A stretch of DNA of 64,000 nucleotides from Acidobacteriota bacterium (GCA_965205505.1 CBDBHB010000008.1:32001-96000); one strand, 5' to 3'. Positions 29,610 to 40,221 are shown, counted from the first letter of the stretch. The notes: generated by a model not told the origin, from the sequence alone. Made by a program: numbers and translations.

Positions 29610-30938
29610 ATGGGAGGAGCGCCATCGTCGCTCTTTGGAGCCCGCGTCGTGATCGGCGTGGTACTGGGATCGCTGTGTCTCGGAGCCCAGTGGACAGCCG
29701 ACAGGCGCGGAAGCGACAACATCGAGGTCGTCGCTCACGTGCCGCTCGGCGGCGACTCGGTCGCCGATATCGAGATCGAACAGGACCTCGACCGTCCCTA
29801 CGCCTACGTCAGCCGCGATGCCTTCGAGGGCGACGAGCGCGGCATGGACATCATCGACGTGCGCGATCCGGCGAACGCCTCGGTGCTCTACCGCTGGCGG
29901 ATTGCCGACTCGGACCTGCACATGGGCGGCGGTCTCGACGTCAAGCTGTTCGAGTGGAACGACCGCCACTACGTGGTGCAGTCGTTTCAATTCCGTCAGG
30001 GCGGGCCTGACGCCGATCTGGGTGCGATCGTCTTCGACGTAACCGACCTGCCAGACACCTCGTCGGTGCGCGAGGTCGGCCGCATTCGCGTCCCCGACCA
30101 CCCGGGCGGCTTTCACAATATCTTCATCTACAAGCACACCAACGGTCGGGTGCTTTTGTTCACGACCGCCAGCGCACCGCACGCGCTGGTGTACGACCTC
30201 GGGTACATCGTCGACGGTGTCGGCGGCGAGGGCGGGGGTGACGCTCTGGTCGCCAGGATTCCGGTGGGCATGCCCGGCGAGAGCGTTCTGCGCGGCTACC
30301 ACGACATGTACGTGGGCTTCCACCCAGACACCGAGCAGGATCGCTTCTACGGCGGCGGAACCGGGGGCTACTACGTATACAACGTCACCGACCTGGAGAA
30401 CCCGACGCTGGAGATCTCGCTGACGGGCATCTCCGGCGTGCAGTTCGGTCACACTTTCACACCGTCGCCTGACGGCCGCTACGTGATCGCCGAGACCGAG
30501 TATCGGTACGCGCCGCTGCGCATCTTCGATCTCCAACCAGCGCTCGATGGGGAGGTCGAGAACATCCGCGAGCCGATCTCCGCCTGGACCGCCGACTGGC
30601 GCCACCTGGTACACAACCACGAGGTGCGCTGGCCGTTCGTCTTCGTTTCCGGCTACGTCGACGGCCTGCAGGTGTTCACGCTCGCCGATCCGCATGATCC
30701 GCAGACCATCGCCTGGTACGACACCTATCTGCCGGAGGTCGGCACCGACAGCTCTCGGATCGTGTGGGGTGCCTTCGGCGTCGACGTGCGCAACGCCGAC
30801 GGGTTGATTGTCGTCTCCGACGCCTACTCCGGGTTCTGGGCCTTCCGCATGGAGGGCTTCAGTGGCTGGAACGGCAACGACTGGGGGGTGCCCGACATCT
30901 CCAGCGTACAGAAGTGGGATCGTGGGCCGGCGCAATGA
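29610..30938 (+). CDS. Exported LVIVD-repeat beta-propeller protein (copy 2)
   Basis: Clear paralog of 19067-20416 (GSDNIEV, GGFHNIF, YHDMY, HNHEV, VPDISS.QKWD). Confidence 0.85.
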   Translation: MGGAPSSLFGARVVIGVVLGSLCLGAQWTADRRGSDNIEVVAHVPLGGDSVADIEIEQDLDRPYAYVSRDAFEGDERGMDIIDVRDPANASVLYRWRIADSDLHMGGGLDVKLFEWNDRHYVVQSFQFRQGGPDADLGAIVFDVTDLPDTSSVREVGRIRVPDHPGGFHNIFIYKHTNGRVLLFTTASAPHALVYDLGYIVDGVGGEGGGDALVARIPVGMPGESVLRGYHDMYVGFHPDTEQDRFYGGGTGGYYVYNVTDLENPTLEISLTGISGVQFGHTFTPSPDGRYVIAETEYRYAPLRIFDLQPALDGEVENIREPISAWTADWRHLVHNHEVRWPFVFVSGYVDGLQVFTLADPHDPQTIAWYDTYLPEVGTDSSRIVWGAFGVDVRNADGLIVVSDAYSGFWAFRMEGFSGWNGNDWGVPDISSVQKWDRGPAQ

Positions 30939-30991
30939 CCGAGCCCGGCTGACCCCACAACCGATGATGGCGGTGGGCTATCCTTCGCGCC

Positions 30992-32221
30992 ATGTCCCGG
31001 GTTCTGATCCTGATCCCCGCCACGACGTATCGAGCCGACGCGCTCTTGGGGGCTGCCGCTCGTCTCGGCGTCGATGTGGTGGTGGGTACGAACCGACAAC
31101 AGGCTCTCGAGTCGATTCCGGGCACGGCGACGCTGACGCTCGACTTTGAAGACCAGGATGCCTCACTGAGGGCGATCACCGCGCGCCACGCCGAGCAGCC
31201 GTTGACCGCAATCCTCGGTCCCGATGATGAGACGGCCTTGTTAGCGGCCACTGCAGCCGCCTATCTCGAACTTGCCGGGAATCCTCCGGCGGCGGTGATC
31301 ACGGCGCGCGACAAGTTTCGACTACGACAGCAGCTCGCCGCATCCAACATACCGGGGCCGGAGTTCTGGAGCGTTACACCCGCCGATATTGAACAACTGG
31401 CACACCAGGTGCCCTATCCATGTGTCGTCAAGCCGACGTTTCTGTCAGCTTCGCGGGGCGTCATTCGGGCCGACTCCCCCGACGAGTTGGTGCGCGCGGC
31501 AGATCGCATCGTCAGACTCTTCGATCAGCCCGACGTGCGTGAACGTGGCCCCGCCGAAGACCGCCGGCTGCTGATCGAGAGCTACCTGCCTGGTGTAGAG
31601 GTAGCTATCGAAGGCTTGCTGGTGGACGGCACCATGCGTCTGCTGGCGATATTCGACAAGCCGGATCCACTCGAGGGGCCGTTCTTCGAGGAGACGCTCT
31701 ACACCACACCTTCGCGGCTACCAGAGCGGGAGCAACGGGCGGCAGTCGACACCACGGAGGCCGCCATTGCCGCGCTTGGGCTCACCCACGGTCCAATCCA
31801 TGCGGAGCTCCGCATACACGAGGGAGCAGCGATGCTGCTCGAAGTAGCGCCGCGAAGTATCGGCGGTCGATGCGGTGCTGTGCTCCGGTTCGGAGCGGAG
31901 ATCAGCCTGGAGGAGCTGGTAATGCGCGCCGCTCTGGGCTACGACGTACACGGGTTGGCACGCGAGAGCTCGGCGGCGGGAGTGATGATGATCCCGATTC
32001 CTAGGGCCGGCACCCTACGGTGCGTCGAGGGGCTCGCCGCAGCGCGCTCGGTAAAGGGTATCGACGAGGTCAAGATCTCGATCCTGAGAGGCCAGGCGGT
32101 AGTGCCCCTGCCGGAAGGAAATCGGTACCTGGGATTCATTTTTGCGCGGGCGGCAGAGCCATCCGATGTTGAAGCCGCGCTGCGCTGCGCACACGCCCAA
32201 CTGCGCTTCGCGATTGACTAG
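30992..32221 (+). CDS. ATP-grasp domain ligase
   Basis: RDKFRLR, YPCVVKP..LSASRGV, LIESYLPG.E, HAELR, LEVAPRSIGG. Confidence 0.85.
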   Translation: MSRVLILIPATTYRADALLGAAARLGVDVVVGTNRQQALESIPGTATLTLDFEDQDASLRAITARHAEQPLTAILGPDDETALLAATAAAYLELAGNPPAAVITARDKFRLRQQLAASNIPGPEFWSVTPADIEQLAHQVPYPCVVKPTFLSASRGVIRADSPDELVRAADRIVRLFDQPDVRERGPAEDRRLLIESYLPGVEVAIEGLLVDGTMRLLAIFDKPDPLEGPFFEETLYTTPSRLPEREQRAAVDTTEAAIAALGLTHGPIHAELRIHEGAAMLLEVAPRSIGGRCGAVLRFGAEISLEELVMRAALGYDVHGLARESSAAGVMMIPIPRAGTLRCVEGLAAARSVKGIDEVKISILRGQAVVPLPEGNRYLGFIFARAAEPSDVEAALRCAHAQLRFAID

Positions 32222-32238
32222 CGAGCTCGCTGTGCGGC

Positions 32239-32856
32239 TTACTTTCCAGGCGAGAAGTACGGGTTTGTTCCGGACGCGTGATCGGTCGTATCGAGCACCT
32301 CGAGCACGTCCGGGATCTCGTCTTTCAGAACCCGCTCAATACCCTGCTTGAGGGTCACATCGACCATGCCGCAGCCCTGGCATCCACCTCCCAGCTTCAG
32401 GTAGACGCGGCCGTCTTCGTAGTCGATCAGCGAGACCCAGCCGCCATGACTGGCAACACCGGGATTGATCCGCTCTTCGAGAATCTGCTGTACCTTGGCG
32501 GCCACCGGATCCTGCATCAGGGGCGGGAGGTTGGGGTTGTCGACTACGAAGCCGCTGCCGCGAACATCGTCGACGAAATCCACCTCGCTGCCTTGCATGT
32601 ACATGAGCGAGAACTGATCGACGAGTAGCTCGACGCCACCTTGCGACAATACCTCGTCGCCGCCATGGCGCTCATCGAACGTAAAGCCATATTCGTAGGC
32701 CGCCTTGCTGCCGCCCTGAATAAATATCCGCAGGTACTTGCCGGCAGCCTCGTCGTGCTGCGCGGCGAACTCGGTAACTTTGGTAATCGCCGCGTCCGTC
32801 AACCGGACCGGCGGCGAAGTCACTTCGGCGGCACGCTGATCGGATGATTCCATCAC
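32239..32856 (-). CDS. nfuA: NfuA-like Fe-S carrier (degenerate A-type domain plus NifU C-terminal domain)
   Basis: INPGVASHGG...GGGCQGC...TLKQGIE...DTTDHASGTNPY. Confidence 0.85.
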   Translation of the reverse strand: MMESSDQRAAEVTSPPVRLTDAAITKVTEFAAQHDEAAGKYLRIFIQGGSKAAYEYGFTFDERHGGDEVLSQGGVELLVDQFSLMYMQGSEVDFVDDVRGSGFVVDNPNLPPLMQDPVAAKVQQILEERINPGVASHGGWVSLIDYEDGRVYLKLGGGCQGCGMVDVTLKQGIERVLKDEIPDVLEVLDTTDHASGTNPYFSPGK

Positions 32857-33039
32857 TCCCTACCCGGGTCGGAGGCTCGTTGACAAGGAGTCTAGCACCC
32901 CCGAGCGGTGCTACAATCGCGCGCCTCGGCCCGCAAGGAGCCCAGGCCCGCGAGGAGACGTGAACCTAGACCCGTTACCGATTCGCTGGCGTAGGTTTAG
33001 CGAATCCGTTGTCAGGGTGGTAGCCGAAGCGAAGACAGC

Positions 33040-35369
33040 ATGAACCCGCTGTTGGCGCTTGCTCGCTGGCTCGACGTCCGGCCGCACCAGTATCGGACGT
33101 TCTCGGTATCGGCTTTGGGCGCTTTCTTGGTCATGTCGTTCAGTATCTCCGCGCGCTCCCTTCGCGAAGCCTTCTTCATCGACGAGTTTGCGGTCGAGTC
33201 GCTGCCGTACGTGATCGTTCTCACGGCGCTCGTCAGCCTACCCTCGGTCGGCGCGTTCAGTCGCCTGATGGCTCACCACGAGCCCGAGGCCGTCTACCAG
33301 AGGCTGATCTCGATGCTCATCGCGGGCCTTGTTGTGCTCTGGATTCTCAACTCGTTGGTAAGCGAACCCGGCCCCGTCGATGTGTCTCGTCCACCCGAAG
33401 TGTCCCCCCTGTTGGACGGTCTCAGTATAGTTGCGTTCTACGTATTCACGGCGCTGGGAACGCTGCTCCTCACCTCAGGGTTCTGGGTGGTTACCTCGGA
33501 GCGGTTCGCGCTGCGTGACGCCAAGCGCCTGTTCGGAATGATCGGTGCGGGTGGAACGTTGGGCGCCTTGCTCGCGGGCATCTCACTGGGCTCCCTGGGA
33601 CGGATTGTCGGCAACAGCGGGCTCGTGCTGGGCTTGATAGTCACGCTTGGCGCTCTGCTGCTGTTGCTTCGTTGGCTGCCAGAGCCCAGCGCCACTCGGC
33701 ACCGCGCGACGTCGACAGTCCGGCGGCAAGCGAAAGCTTGGCGCTAGTCGCGCGCAACCCACATCTGCGAAACATGGCGATGATCGTGGCGGTGGCCACC
33801 TTCGCGTCGGGCCTGATCGACTACCAGTTCAAGGAGGCTGCCGGCGCCGTTTATACCGACGATGCGGACCTGGCGGCGTTCTTCGGTACGTTCTACGGCA
33901 TCAGCGGCGTGGCGGCGTTGGCGATCCAGATGCTGGTGGCATCGCGTCTGCTCAGCATCGGCGGTATCAGCGTCAGCCTGGCGGTATTGCCGATCTTCCT
34001 CCTCACCGGCTCCGCGGCGCTGTTCTTTCTGCCTGGACTGATCACCGCTACCGTGGTCCGCGGCGCCGACAACACGCTGCGGAAATCGGTTCACAGATCG
34101 GTGTTGGAGTACCTCTACGTCCCCGTTCCCAGCGGCGAGCGGCGCCAAACGAAGACGTTTATCGACTCGTTCGTCGACAGCGCCGCCGAGGGCATCGCAG
34201 CGGTGGTGATCTTCGCCTGGGTGGTTTTCGCCGGGCTTCCGTCGCGCGGCCTCGCCATCGTCGTGGCCGTGTCCGCAGTGGCGTTCCTGGTGCTGGCAAA
34301 GAGCATGGGGGCAGAGTACTTCCGCACCCTGCTCGACAGACTCAAGGAGGGCCAGGACAGCATCGAGGACTCCCTTGTGCAGACCCAGTTCGCAGGCGGC
34401 GAGATGACAATGACGGTGACGCAGTTCGACCTCAAGGCGGCGTTGACCCAGACAGGCATGACGATGCCCCTCGCAGCGAGGTCGGAGTCGGAGCACCAGC
34501 CGGCGACAGCGCTGCCCGAGCGCGCCGCTACCTCCTTGGAGCGCATCATCGGCGGCGACCCGACGGTGATCTCGGCGACGCTCGACGACGCTGACGATTG
34601 GAGCGCCGCTCATGTAGAGGCGCTGATCCGACTTCTCGCCCGTGATGCCTTCTACCGACGAGCCTGTCGTATCCTGAGCAGCCTCGGCGAGGACGCCATC
34701 GAACCTCTGGCCGAGCTGCTGCTGGATCCGGCTGCCGATTTCGTCATCCGACGGCGCATTCCCCGCGTTCTCGCCGCGATGGAGCTGCCGCGTGCCCACG
34801 ACGCGCTTCTCGACGGGTTGGCGAGCGACCGCTTCGAGGTGCGTTACCGAAGCGGCGTAGCGCTGGCGCGTCGACGGAAGAACCAGCGCGTCGCCGCTGA
34901 ACACGGCGGCGCCGACCGAGTCTGGAGCGCGGTGCGCACCGAGGTGGGCCGGGATCGACCGATCTGGGAGCTACAACGGCTTCTAGGTGATCGACCCGCC
35001 CAGGACGATTTCGTCAGCGATCGGGTATACGGTCGCGGGGAGCTTTCGCTCGAGCACACGTTCCGGCTTCTGTCGTTGGTCCTCGAGCCCGACCCGATCC
35101 GTACGGCATTTCACGGCATCGTCCTGGACGACGACAAGCTCAAGAGCATCTCGCTGGAGTACTTGGAGGTGCTCCCGCCAGACATTCGCACACGCCTATG
35201 GCCCTTCATCGGCGATCTCAGCGAGCACCAGCGGCGCGTCAGCGCGCGGGGCATGGATGCGGTTGTTGCCGCTCTACTGCGTACCGGCTCCACACTCTTC
35301 GGGGACGACACGGCGCGGGATCAGCTACGGCAGGCGCTCGAGGCGGACGATTCGATCGATGACTTCTAG
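33040..35369 (+). CDS. Npt1/TLC-like MFS nucleotide transporter with HEAT-repeat tail (frameshift near 33700)
   Basis: DAKRLFG.IGAGGTLG, LIDYQFK, FFGTFYG, LRKSVHRS..EYLYVPVP...R..TK.FID; helical C-terminal region; split over two frames. Confidence 0.8.
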
Positions 35370-36032
35370 CAGGGTTGATCTCTACTTCGACTTCGTCTCT
35401 CCATATTCGTATCTGTTGCTGGCACAGGCTGCCGAGTTCGGCGAACACCATGGCGTGGAATGGCGGCTACAGCCAGTCGTGTATGGTGCCCTGGTCAACC
35501 ACACTGGCCTGGTCGGCCCGATTGAGGTTGAAGTCAAGCGACAGTACACCTTTGCCGACATACGACGTAGCGCAGCGCTACTCGGGATTCCGTTGGTCGG
35601 CCCTCCGACGCACCCCTTTCGATCATCGAGGCGTTGCGAGCCGTGTGCCTGTATGCCGCGGACCCGCATTGCCTGGACTTGTCGACTGCCTTGGCCGACG
35701 CGTGGTGGGGTGCCGGCCGCGACCTCGCCGACCTCGGTGCGCTGGCAGACGTTGTTGCAGAAACCGGCCTCGACACCAGCAACCTGGCGGCGCGACTGTC
35801 CGCCACCGAGACGAAGAATCGGTTGCGAGAATCGACCTCACAAGCTATCGAGCGAGGCGTCTTCGGGGTGCCTACCTGTCGCCTCGGCGATGAGCTGTTC
35901 TGGGGCCATGATCGCCTACCGCACCTTGCCGCGCGGATCGCCGGTAAGATCCCGGACCCGCTCGCGGAACTCGAACAATTACTCGAGCGCCCGCGAGGCG
36001 CCGAACGCAGGCCCGGCAAGACGGGACGCTAG
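35359..36032 (+). CDS. 2-hydroxychromene-2-carboxylate isomerase / DsbA-like protein (frameshift near 35625)
   Basis: YFDFVSPYSYL...P..HPF, then GVFGVPT...ELFWGHDRL in another frame. Confidence 0.85.
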
Positions 36033-36307
36033 TGCTCCTGATCATAAGTACGGTGACGTTTGCAGGAGCGAGATGCGGGCGAGATCAAGGAAGGGTGAGG
36101 AAGGCGATGCCTTAGCCATCCTCGACGAGCCCTGACGCCGAGATCGCCCGCCTATCGCTCCTGCCCTCCGGGTGGCCGCGGGACCGGCCACCTTGGGCGT
36201 CGCGGCGTCTCGACGATACACCCAGCATCGCCCTCGTCGCCGCTCCTACAATTCGCCCCGGTCGCGCGCGCCACAAACGTCACCGTACTTATGATCAGGA
36301 GCACTAG
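36029..36307. mobile_element. MITE-like element with perfect 34-bp TIRs
   Basis: CTAGTGCTCCTGATCATAAGTACGGTGACGTTTG (36029-36062) and its exact reverse complement (36274-36307); non-coding, hairpin-rich interior. Confidence 0.85.
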
Positions 36308-36349
36308 TGGCCTGTAACAGATGATCGTCGCTTATTGTGGCGAGCGCGA

Positions 36350-37141
36350 TCAGTCGCCGCGCGACACCGAGTCGATCAGTTCATCGAGCTCCTGCCGACG
36401 ACCGACGAGCTCCGCCAGTAGAGCTTCCTGGCGGCGCGTCAGCTCGTCGAAGATGACCTCGATCTGCAGCAACGGTCCACCCACGGCACGTTGCAACGCC
36501 TCCGCGTCCTTGGCATCGACCACGGCGCGCAATTTCTCGCTCAGGCGCGTGACCAGGGTAAGAGCCTCGACCACATGCTCGAGCGCTTCGCCCATACCCT
36601 GCCAGCGGTGCAGATCGTCGCTGCGCACCTCCGCCGCCGCTGCTCGCTGCTGATCCTGCGTCGTACGCAGCGCCTCGAGGCCCGCCTCGAGCTGCGCTGC
36701 CGCATGCTCTTGGACACGCTCGAGGGCCCCGCCGACCTCCTTACGCAGCGCCACGATGTCGCTTTGCAGATCGGCCAGCGCATGCTCGACCGTACCCTGG
36801 CGCTGGTCGAGCGTCGGCAGTAGATCGCCAATCAGCCAGTTGGCTAGCCAGCCTCGCAAGCCGGCGGACGGAAGCTCCCACCCTGCCCGTTCCGTGGGCC
36901 TCGCCGGCCTCGCAGTGGACGCCATCAGCGGCGCCTGCGCCGCACCTACTTTGTCTTCAGTGACGGGGGGATCGTCGGACGCATCTTCGGCCGACGCCAG
37001 CGCGAAGCGATCGAGCAGAGCGCGCAGGCTGTCGGCGCGAACCTCGAACCGGTGCATGCATTCCAGATACTCCGCCTCGACGGCGACACGCGCAGCCTCC
37101 AGGGCATCAAGCTTGGCGGCAACACGGGGCTCTTCAGCCAT
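36350..37141 (-). CDS. Hypothetical coiled-coil protein
   Basis: Heptad-rich helical sequence; ATG overlaps the upstream kinase stop region. Confidence 0.7.
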   Translation of the reverse strand: MAEEPRVAAKLDALEAARVAVEAEYLECMHRFEVRADSLRALLDRFALASAEDASDDPPVTEDKVGAAQAPLMASTARPARPTERAGWELPSAGLRGWLANWLIGDLLPTLDQRQGTVEHALADLQSDIVALRKEVGGALERVQEHAAAQLEAGLEALRTTQDQQRAAAAEVRSDDLHRWQGMGEALEHVVEALTLVTRLSEKLRAVVDAKDAEALQRAVGGPLLQIEVIFDELTRRQEALLAELVGRRQELDELIDSVSRGD

Positions 37142-38516
37142 GCGATGGTGCTCCTACCAGAACGATCTGTAGATCCATCACGTTGGTCCTCGTAGGACCG
37201 GTACGAACGAGATCACCTAGCTCCTCGAAGAACGTATACGAGTCGTTGTCCAACAGGAAATCATCGGCATCCAACGCCCGCGTCCGCGCCCGATCGACGG
37301 TTCTACCATCAGCAAAGGCGCCGGCCGCATCGGTAGGGCCATCGGTGCCATCCGTGCCGACGGCAACGAAGGTCACCGCGTCGGTGCCCTCGAGATGTAT
37401 CGCCGCCGCCAGTGCAGCCTCCTGATTACGGCCGCCGCGCCCCGTTCCGCTCAACGTTACCGTGGTTTCGCCGCCCGCCAGCAAACAAATCGGCGCTCCG
37501 TCGGTGACGACGCATGCCGCACCGACAGCGGCCAGGCAACGTCCCACAGATCGTGCTTCCCCCTGTAGCGTCGCCGTCAGTACGAACGGCCGATAGCCGA
37601 GATCTGTGGCCTGGGCTACGGCTGCTGAGAGAGCCCGGGTATTGTCACCGACCACCACACTGCACGCGCGCTCGAAGACTGGCGAACCCGGTGCGGGCGT
37701 CTCCTGGATATCTCCACACGCGCCGCGGCTGAGGTGTTCGAGAACGGACGCCGGGAGGCGGTCACCGAGTCCGTAGCTCTCGACCACCGCGATGCAATCG
37801 GCAAAGCTCGTGGGATCGGGCACGGTGGGTCCGGAGCCGATCGCCGTGAGCTCGTTGCCGACCACGTCTGACAGCATCAGGGTCAGCAGCGCGGCCGGAT
37901 GGGCCACCTCGGCTAGCCGGCCGCCCTTTACCGCCGATAGGTGCTTGCGGATCGCGTTGACGCTATCGATCGGCGCCCCCGAGGCGAGCAGTGCTTCAGT
38001 GGTTCGCTGCAGTTGTTCGAGCCCGATTCCCGCCGCCGGTTGAACCATCAGCGCCGACGCCCCGCCCGAGACAAGGCACACGACCAGGTCGTCTTCGCCG
38101 GCGGCTGAGACCAGACGCAATAGCTCGGCAGTTGCCGTTAACCCGCGCATGTCGGGAACAGGATGGCTCGCCTCGTAGACGCGAATGTGCTGCAGTGGCA
38201 GCCTGTGCCCTTCCTTGGTAATCACCATTCCGTCGGCGATGCGCGACCCGAAAAGACGTTCCACCGCCGCCGCCATTGGCGCGGTGGCCTTGCCGGCGCC
38301 TACGACGAGCAGGCGGCCCCGCGGAAGGGCCGTCGAGCTGCTGCCAACACGCAGCAGCGAGCTTTCACCCTGCCGGCTGCCACACAACTGCAGCTGCTCG
38401 TCGACGATGCGCTCACCGTCCACCGAGGCAATCGCCGCACCGAGAATGGCGCGCGCGTGTGTCCGGTGACGGCGACAAGCTCTATGGATGCCGTCGTCGC
38501 TGCCGGCCGGAGTCAA
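37134..38516 (-). CDS. Glycerate 2-kinase (MOFRL family)
   Basis: GAGKA, ASHPVPD, SGGASAL, GGETTV..GRGGRNQE, GTDGTDG, TGPTRTNVMD. Confidence 0.92.
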   Translation of the reverse strand: MTPAGSDDGIHRACRRHRTHARAILGAAIASVDGERIVDEQLQLCGSRQGESSLLRVGSSSTALPRGRLLVVGAGKATAPMAAAVERLFGSRIADGMVITKEGHRLPLQHIRVYEASHPVPDMRGLTATAELLRLVSAAGEDDLVVCLVSGGASALMVQPAAGIGLEQLQRTTEALLASGAPIDSVNAIRKHLSAVKGGRLAEVAHPAALLTLMLSDVVGNELTAIGSGPTVPDPTSFADCIAVVESYGLGDRLPASVLEHLSRGACGDIQETPAPGSPVFERACSVVVGDNTRALSAAVAQATDLGYRPFVLTATLQGEARSVGRCLAAVGAACVVTDGAPICLLAGGETTVTLSGTGRGGRNQEAALAAAIHLEGTDAVTFVAVGTDGTDGPTDAAGAFADGRTVDRARTRALDADDFLLDNDSYTFFEELGDLVRTGPTRTNVMDLQIVLVGAPSHG

Positions 38517-39046
38517 TACTTCAGGACGGAGTGCACTTCGATCTCTTCGAGGTGCTTTCGCCCGTCCAGGAAGGTGAGCTCGATGAGCACCGCAACGCCG
38601 AGCACCTCCGCGTCGAGGCGACGTACGAGCTCGACGGCGGCTCGTGCCGTCCCACCGGTGGCGAGAAGATCGTCAACAACCAACACCCGCTGATCGGGGC
38701 GCAGGGCGTCGCGATGGATCTCGAGGCTGTCGGAGCCGTACTCGAGGTCGTAGTGAGCGCGCTCTGTGGCGGCCGGCAGCCGCCCTGGCTTGCGCATCAA
38801 CGCCAGGCCACAATCCAGCTCCAGCGCCATGGCGGCGCCGAACGGAAAACCGCGCGATTCGACCGCCGCGAGCATCTGCGGTCGCCGCTCGCGGAACGGC
38901 TCGCACAGCGCCTGTACCGCCACCCGGAAGGCACTGCCGTCCTTGAGCAGCGTGGTGATGTCCTTGAAGACGATCCCTGGCGTCGGGAAGTCGGGAACGT
39001 CGCGTATCAACCCGCGCAGCAGGGTGTCAGCGGCAGAAAGGTCCAT
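38513..39046 (-). CDS. apt: Adenine phosphoribosyltransferase
   Basis: DVPDFPTPGIVFKDIT, ESRGF, VVDDLLATGGT. Confidence 0.95.
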   Translation of the reverse strand: MDLSAADTLLRGLIRDVPDFPTPGIVFKDITTLLKDGSAFRVAVQALCEPFRERRPQMLAAVESRGFPFGAAMALELDCGLALMRKPGRLPAATERAHYDLEYGSDSLEIHRDALRPDQRVLVVDDLLATGGTARAAVELVRRLDAEVLGVAVLIELTFLDGRKHLEEIEVHSVLKY

Positions 39047-39100
39047 CGATGTGGAACCGATGAGCACAGCGCGGCAACCGCCGCGTCAAGCATTAAAGGA

Positions 39101-39178
39101 TGGTCGGGGCGGGGAGATTTGAACTCCCGACCTCACGGACCCGAACCGTGCGCGCTATCCAAGCTGCGCTACGCCCCG
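39101..39178 (-). tRNA. tRNA-Pro(CGG)
   Basis: CGGGGCGTAGCGCAGCTTGGATAGCGC.CACGGTTCGGGTCCGTG...GTTCAAATC...CCGACCA. Confidence 0.95.
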
Positions 39179-39219
39179 ACACGAAAACCCCAGGCGGAAG
39201 GCGAGTGTAGCATGGACCA

Positions 39220-40221
39220 ATGTCCGACAATGTGCCGACCACCACTACCTCTCCTGGCCCTTCACCGAGCGCTTTCCCGTTGCGCGCGGCCATCGGTGGG
39301 CTCCTCATGGGGGTGGCCAACCTCGTCCCTGGCATCAGCGGCGGGACGATGCTGCTGGCCGCCGGTGTCTACGGCGAGTTCATCGACGCGGTGGCCGATA
39401 TCTCCCGATTGCGCTGGCGGCGGGCCTCCCTACTGCTGGTGCTGCTCGTCGGCGGCACGGCGGCGCTCGGCATCGCCCTCCTGGCCGGACCGGTCAGAGA
39501 TCTCGTCGTGCACCACCGGTGGATCATGTACTGCCTGTTCGTCGGCCTGACAATTGGCGGCATTCCGGCGCTGTGGCGACTTGCCCGGCCGGGATCGCTG
39601 CCACTCTGGGTGGGTGTAGCCGCAGGGGTTGGCGGCATGGCGGCGCTGGGTATCGCGCAACGCAGCGTCGCGGCGACAAGCGCCGCCGGCGGCGGATTCG
39701 TTCCGCTTGTCATCGCCGGCGCGGCAGGCGCCGCCTCGATGATCTTGCCGGGCATCAGCGGCGGCTACCTGCTGCTCGTTCTCGGTCAGTACGTGCACAT
39801 CCTGACCGCCATCGAGCGTGGCATCGACGCGGTGCGCAGCGCCGACCTCGCCGGACTCGCGGACCCTGTGGTCGGGGTATTCCTACCGTTGGGACTCGGG
39901 ATCCTGATCGGTGTTGCGTTGATCAGCAACCTGCTTCGCTACTTGTTGCACCGGCATCGTTCCGCCACGCTCGGCGTGTTGCTGGGGCTGCTCGCTGGCG
40001 TCGTTGCCGGCCTTTGGCCGTTCCAGGAGGCGGTCGAGCCGCCCCTGGGGACGAGCATCCAGGGTGTTGTGGTTACGCCGGAGAACCTCCGGCACATCGA
40101 CCGCTCCGGTTGGCCCGTCGAGTCGTTTCGGCCATCCTCGAGTCAGGCCGCCGCAGGCCTGTTGCTGGTGCTGAGTGGCACCGCTGTCACGCTCGTGGTC
40201 TCGAGGCTCGGGGACAGCTGA
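39220..40221 (+). CDS. DUF368 family membrane protein
   Basis: Twin motifs MGVANLVPGISGGT and SMILPGISGG.LLL.LGQY. Confidence 0.9.
   Translation: MSDNVPTTTTSPGPSPSAFPLRAAIGGLLMGVANLVPGISGGTMLLAAGVYGEFIDAVADISRLRWRRASLLLVLLVGGTAALGIALLAGPVRDLVVHHRWIMYCLFVGLTIGGIPALWRLARPGSLPLWVGVAAGVGGMAALGIAQRSVAATSAAGGGFVPLVIAGAAGAASMILPGISGGYLLLVLGQYVHILTAIERGIDAVRSADLAGLADPVVGVFLPLGLGILIGVALISNLLRYLLHRHRSATLGVLLGLLAGVVAGLWPFQEAVEPPLGTSIQGVVVTPENLRHIDRSGWPVESFRPSSSQAAAGLLLVLSGTAVTLVVSRLGDS

Noticed and set aside
29586-30935. Long antisense ORFs (here and at e.g. 15303-16223, 33744-34904, 48597-49877)
   Set aside because: Shadow ORFs expected opposite real genes in high-GC DNA; no motifs
32500-32856. A-type domain lacking cysteines
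   Set aside because: A degenerate A-type domain is normal for NfuA
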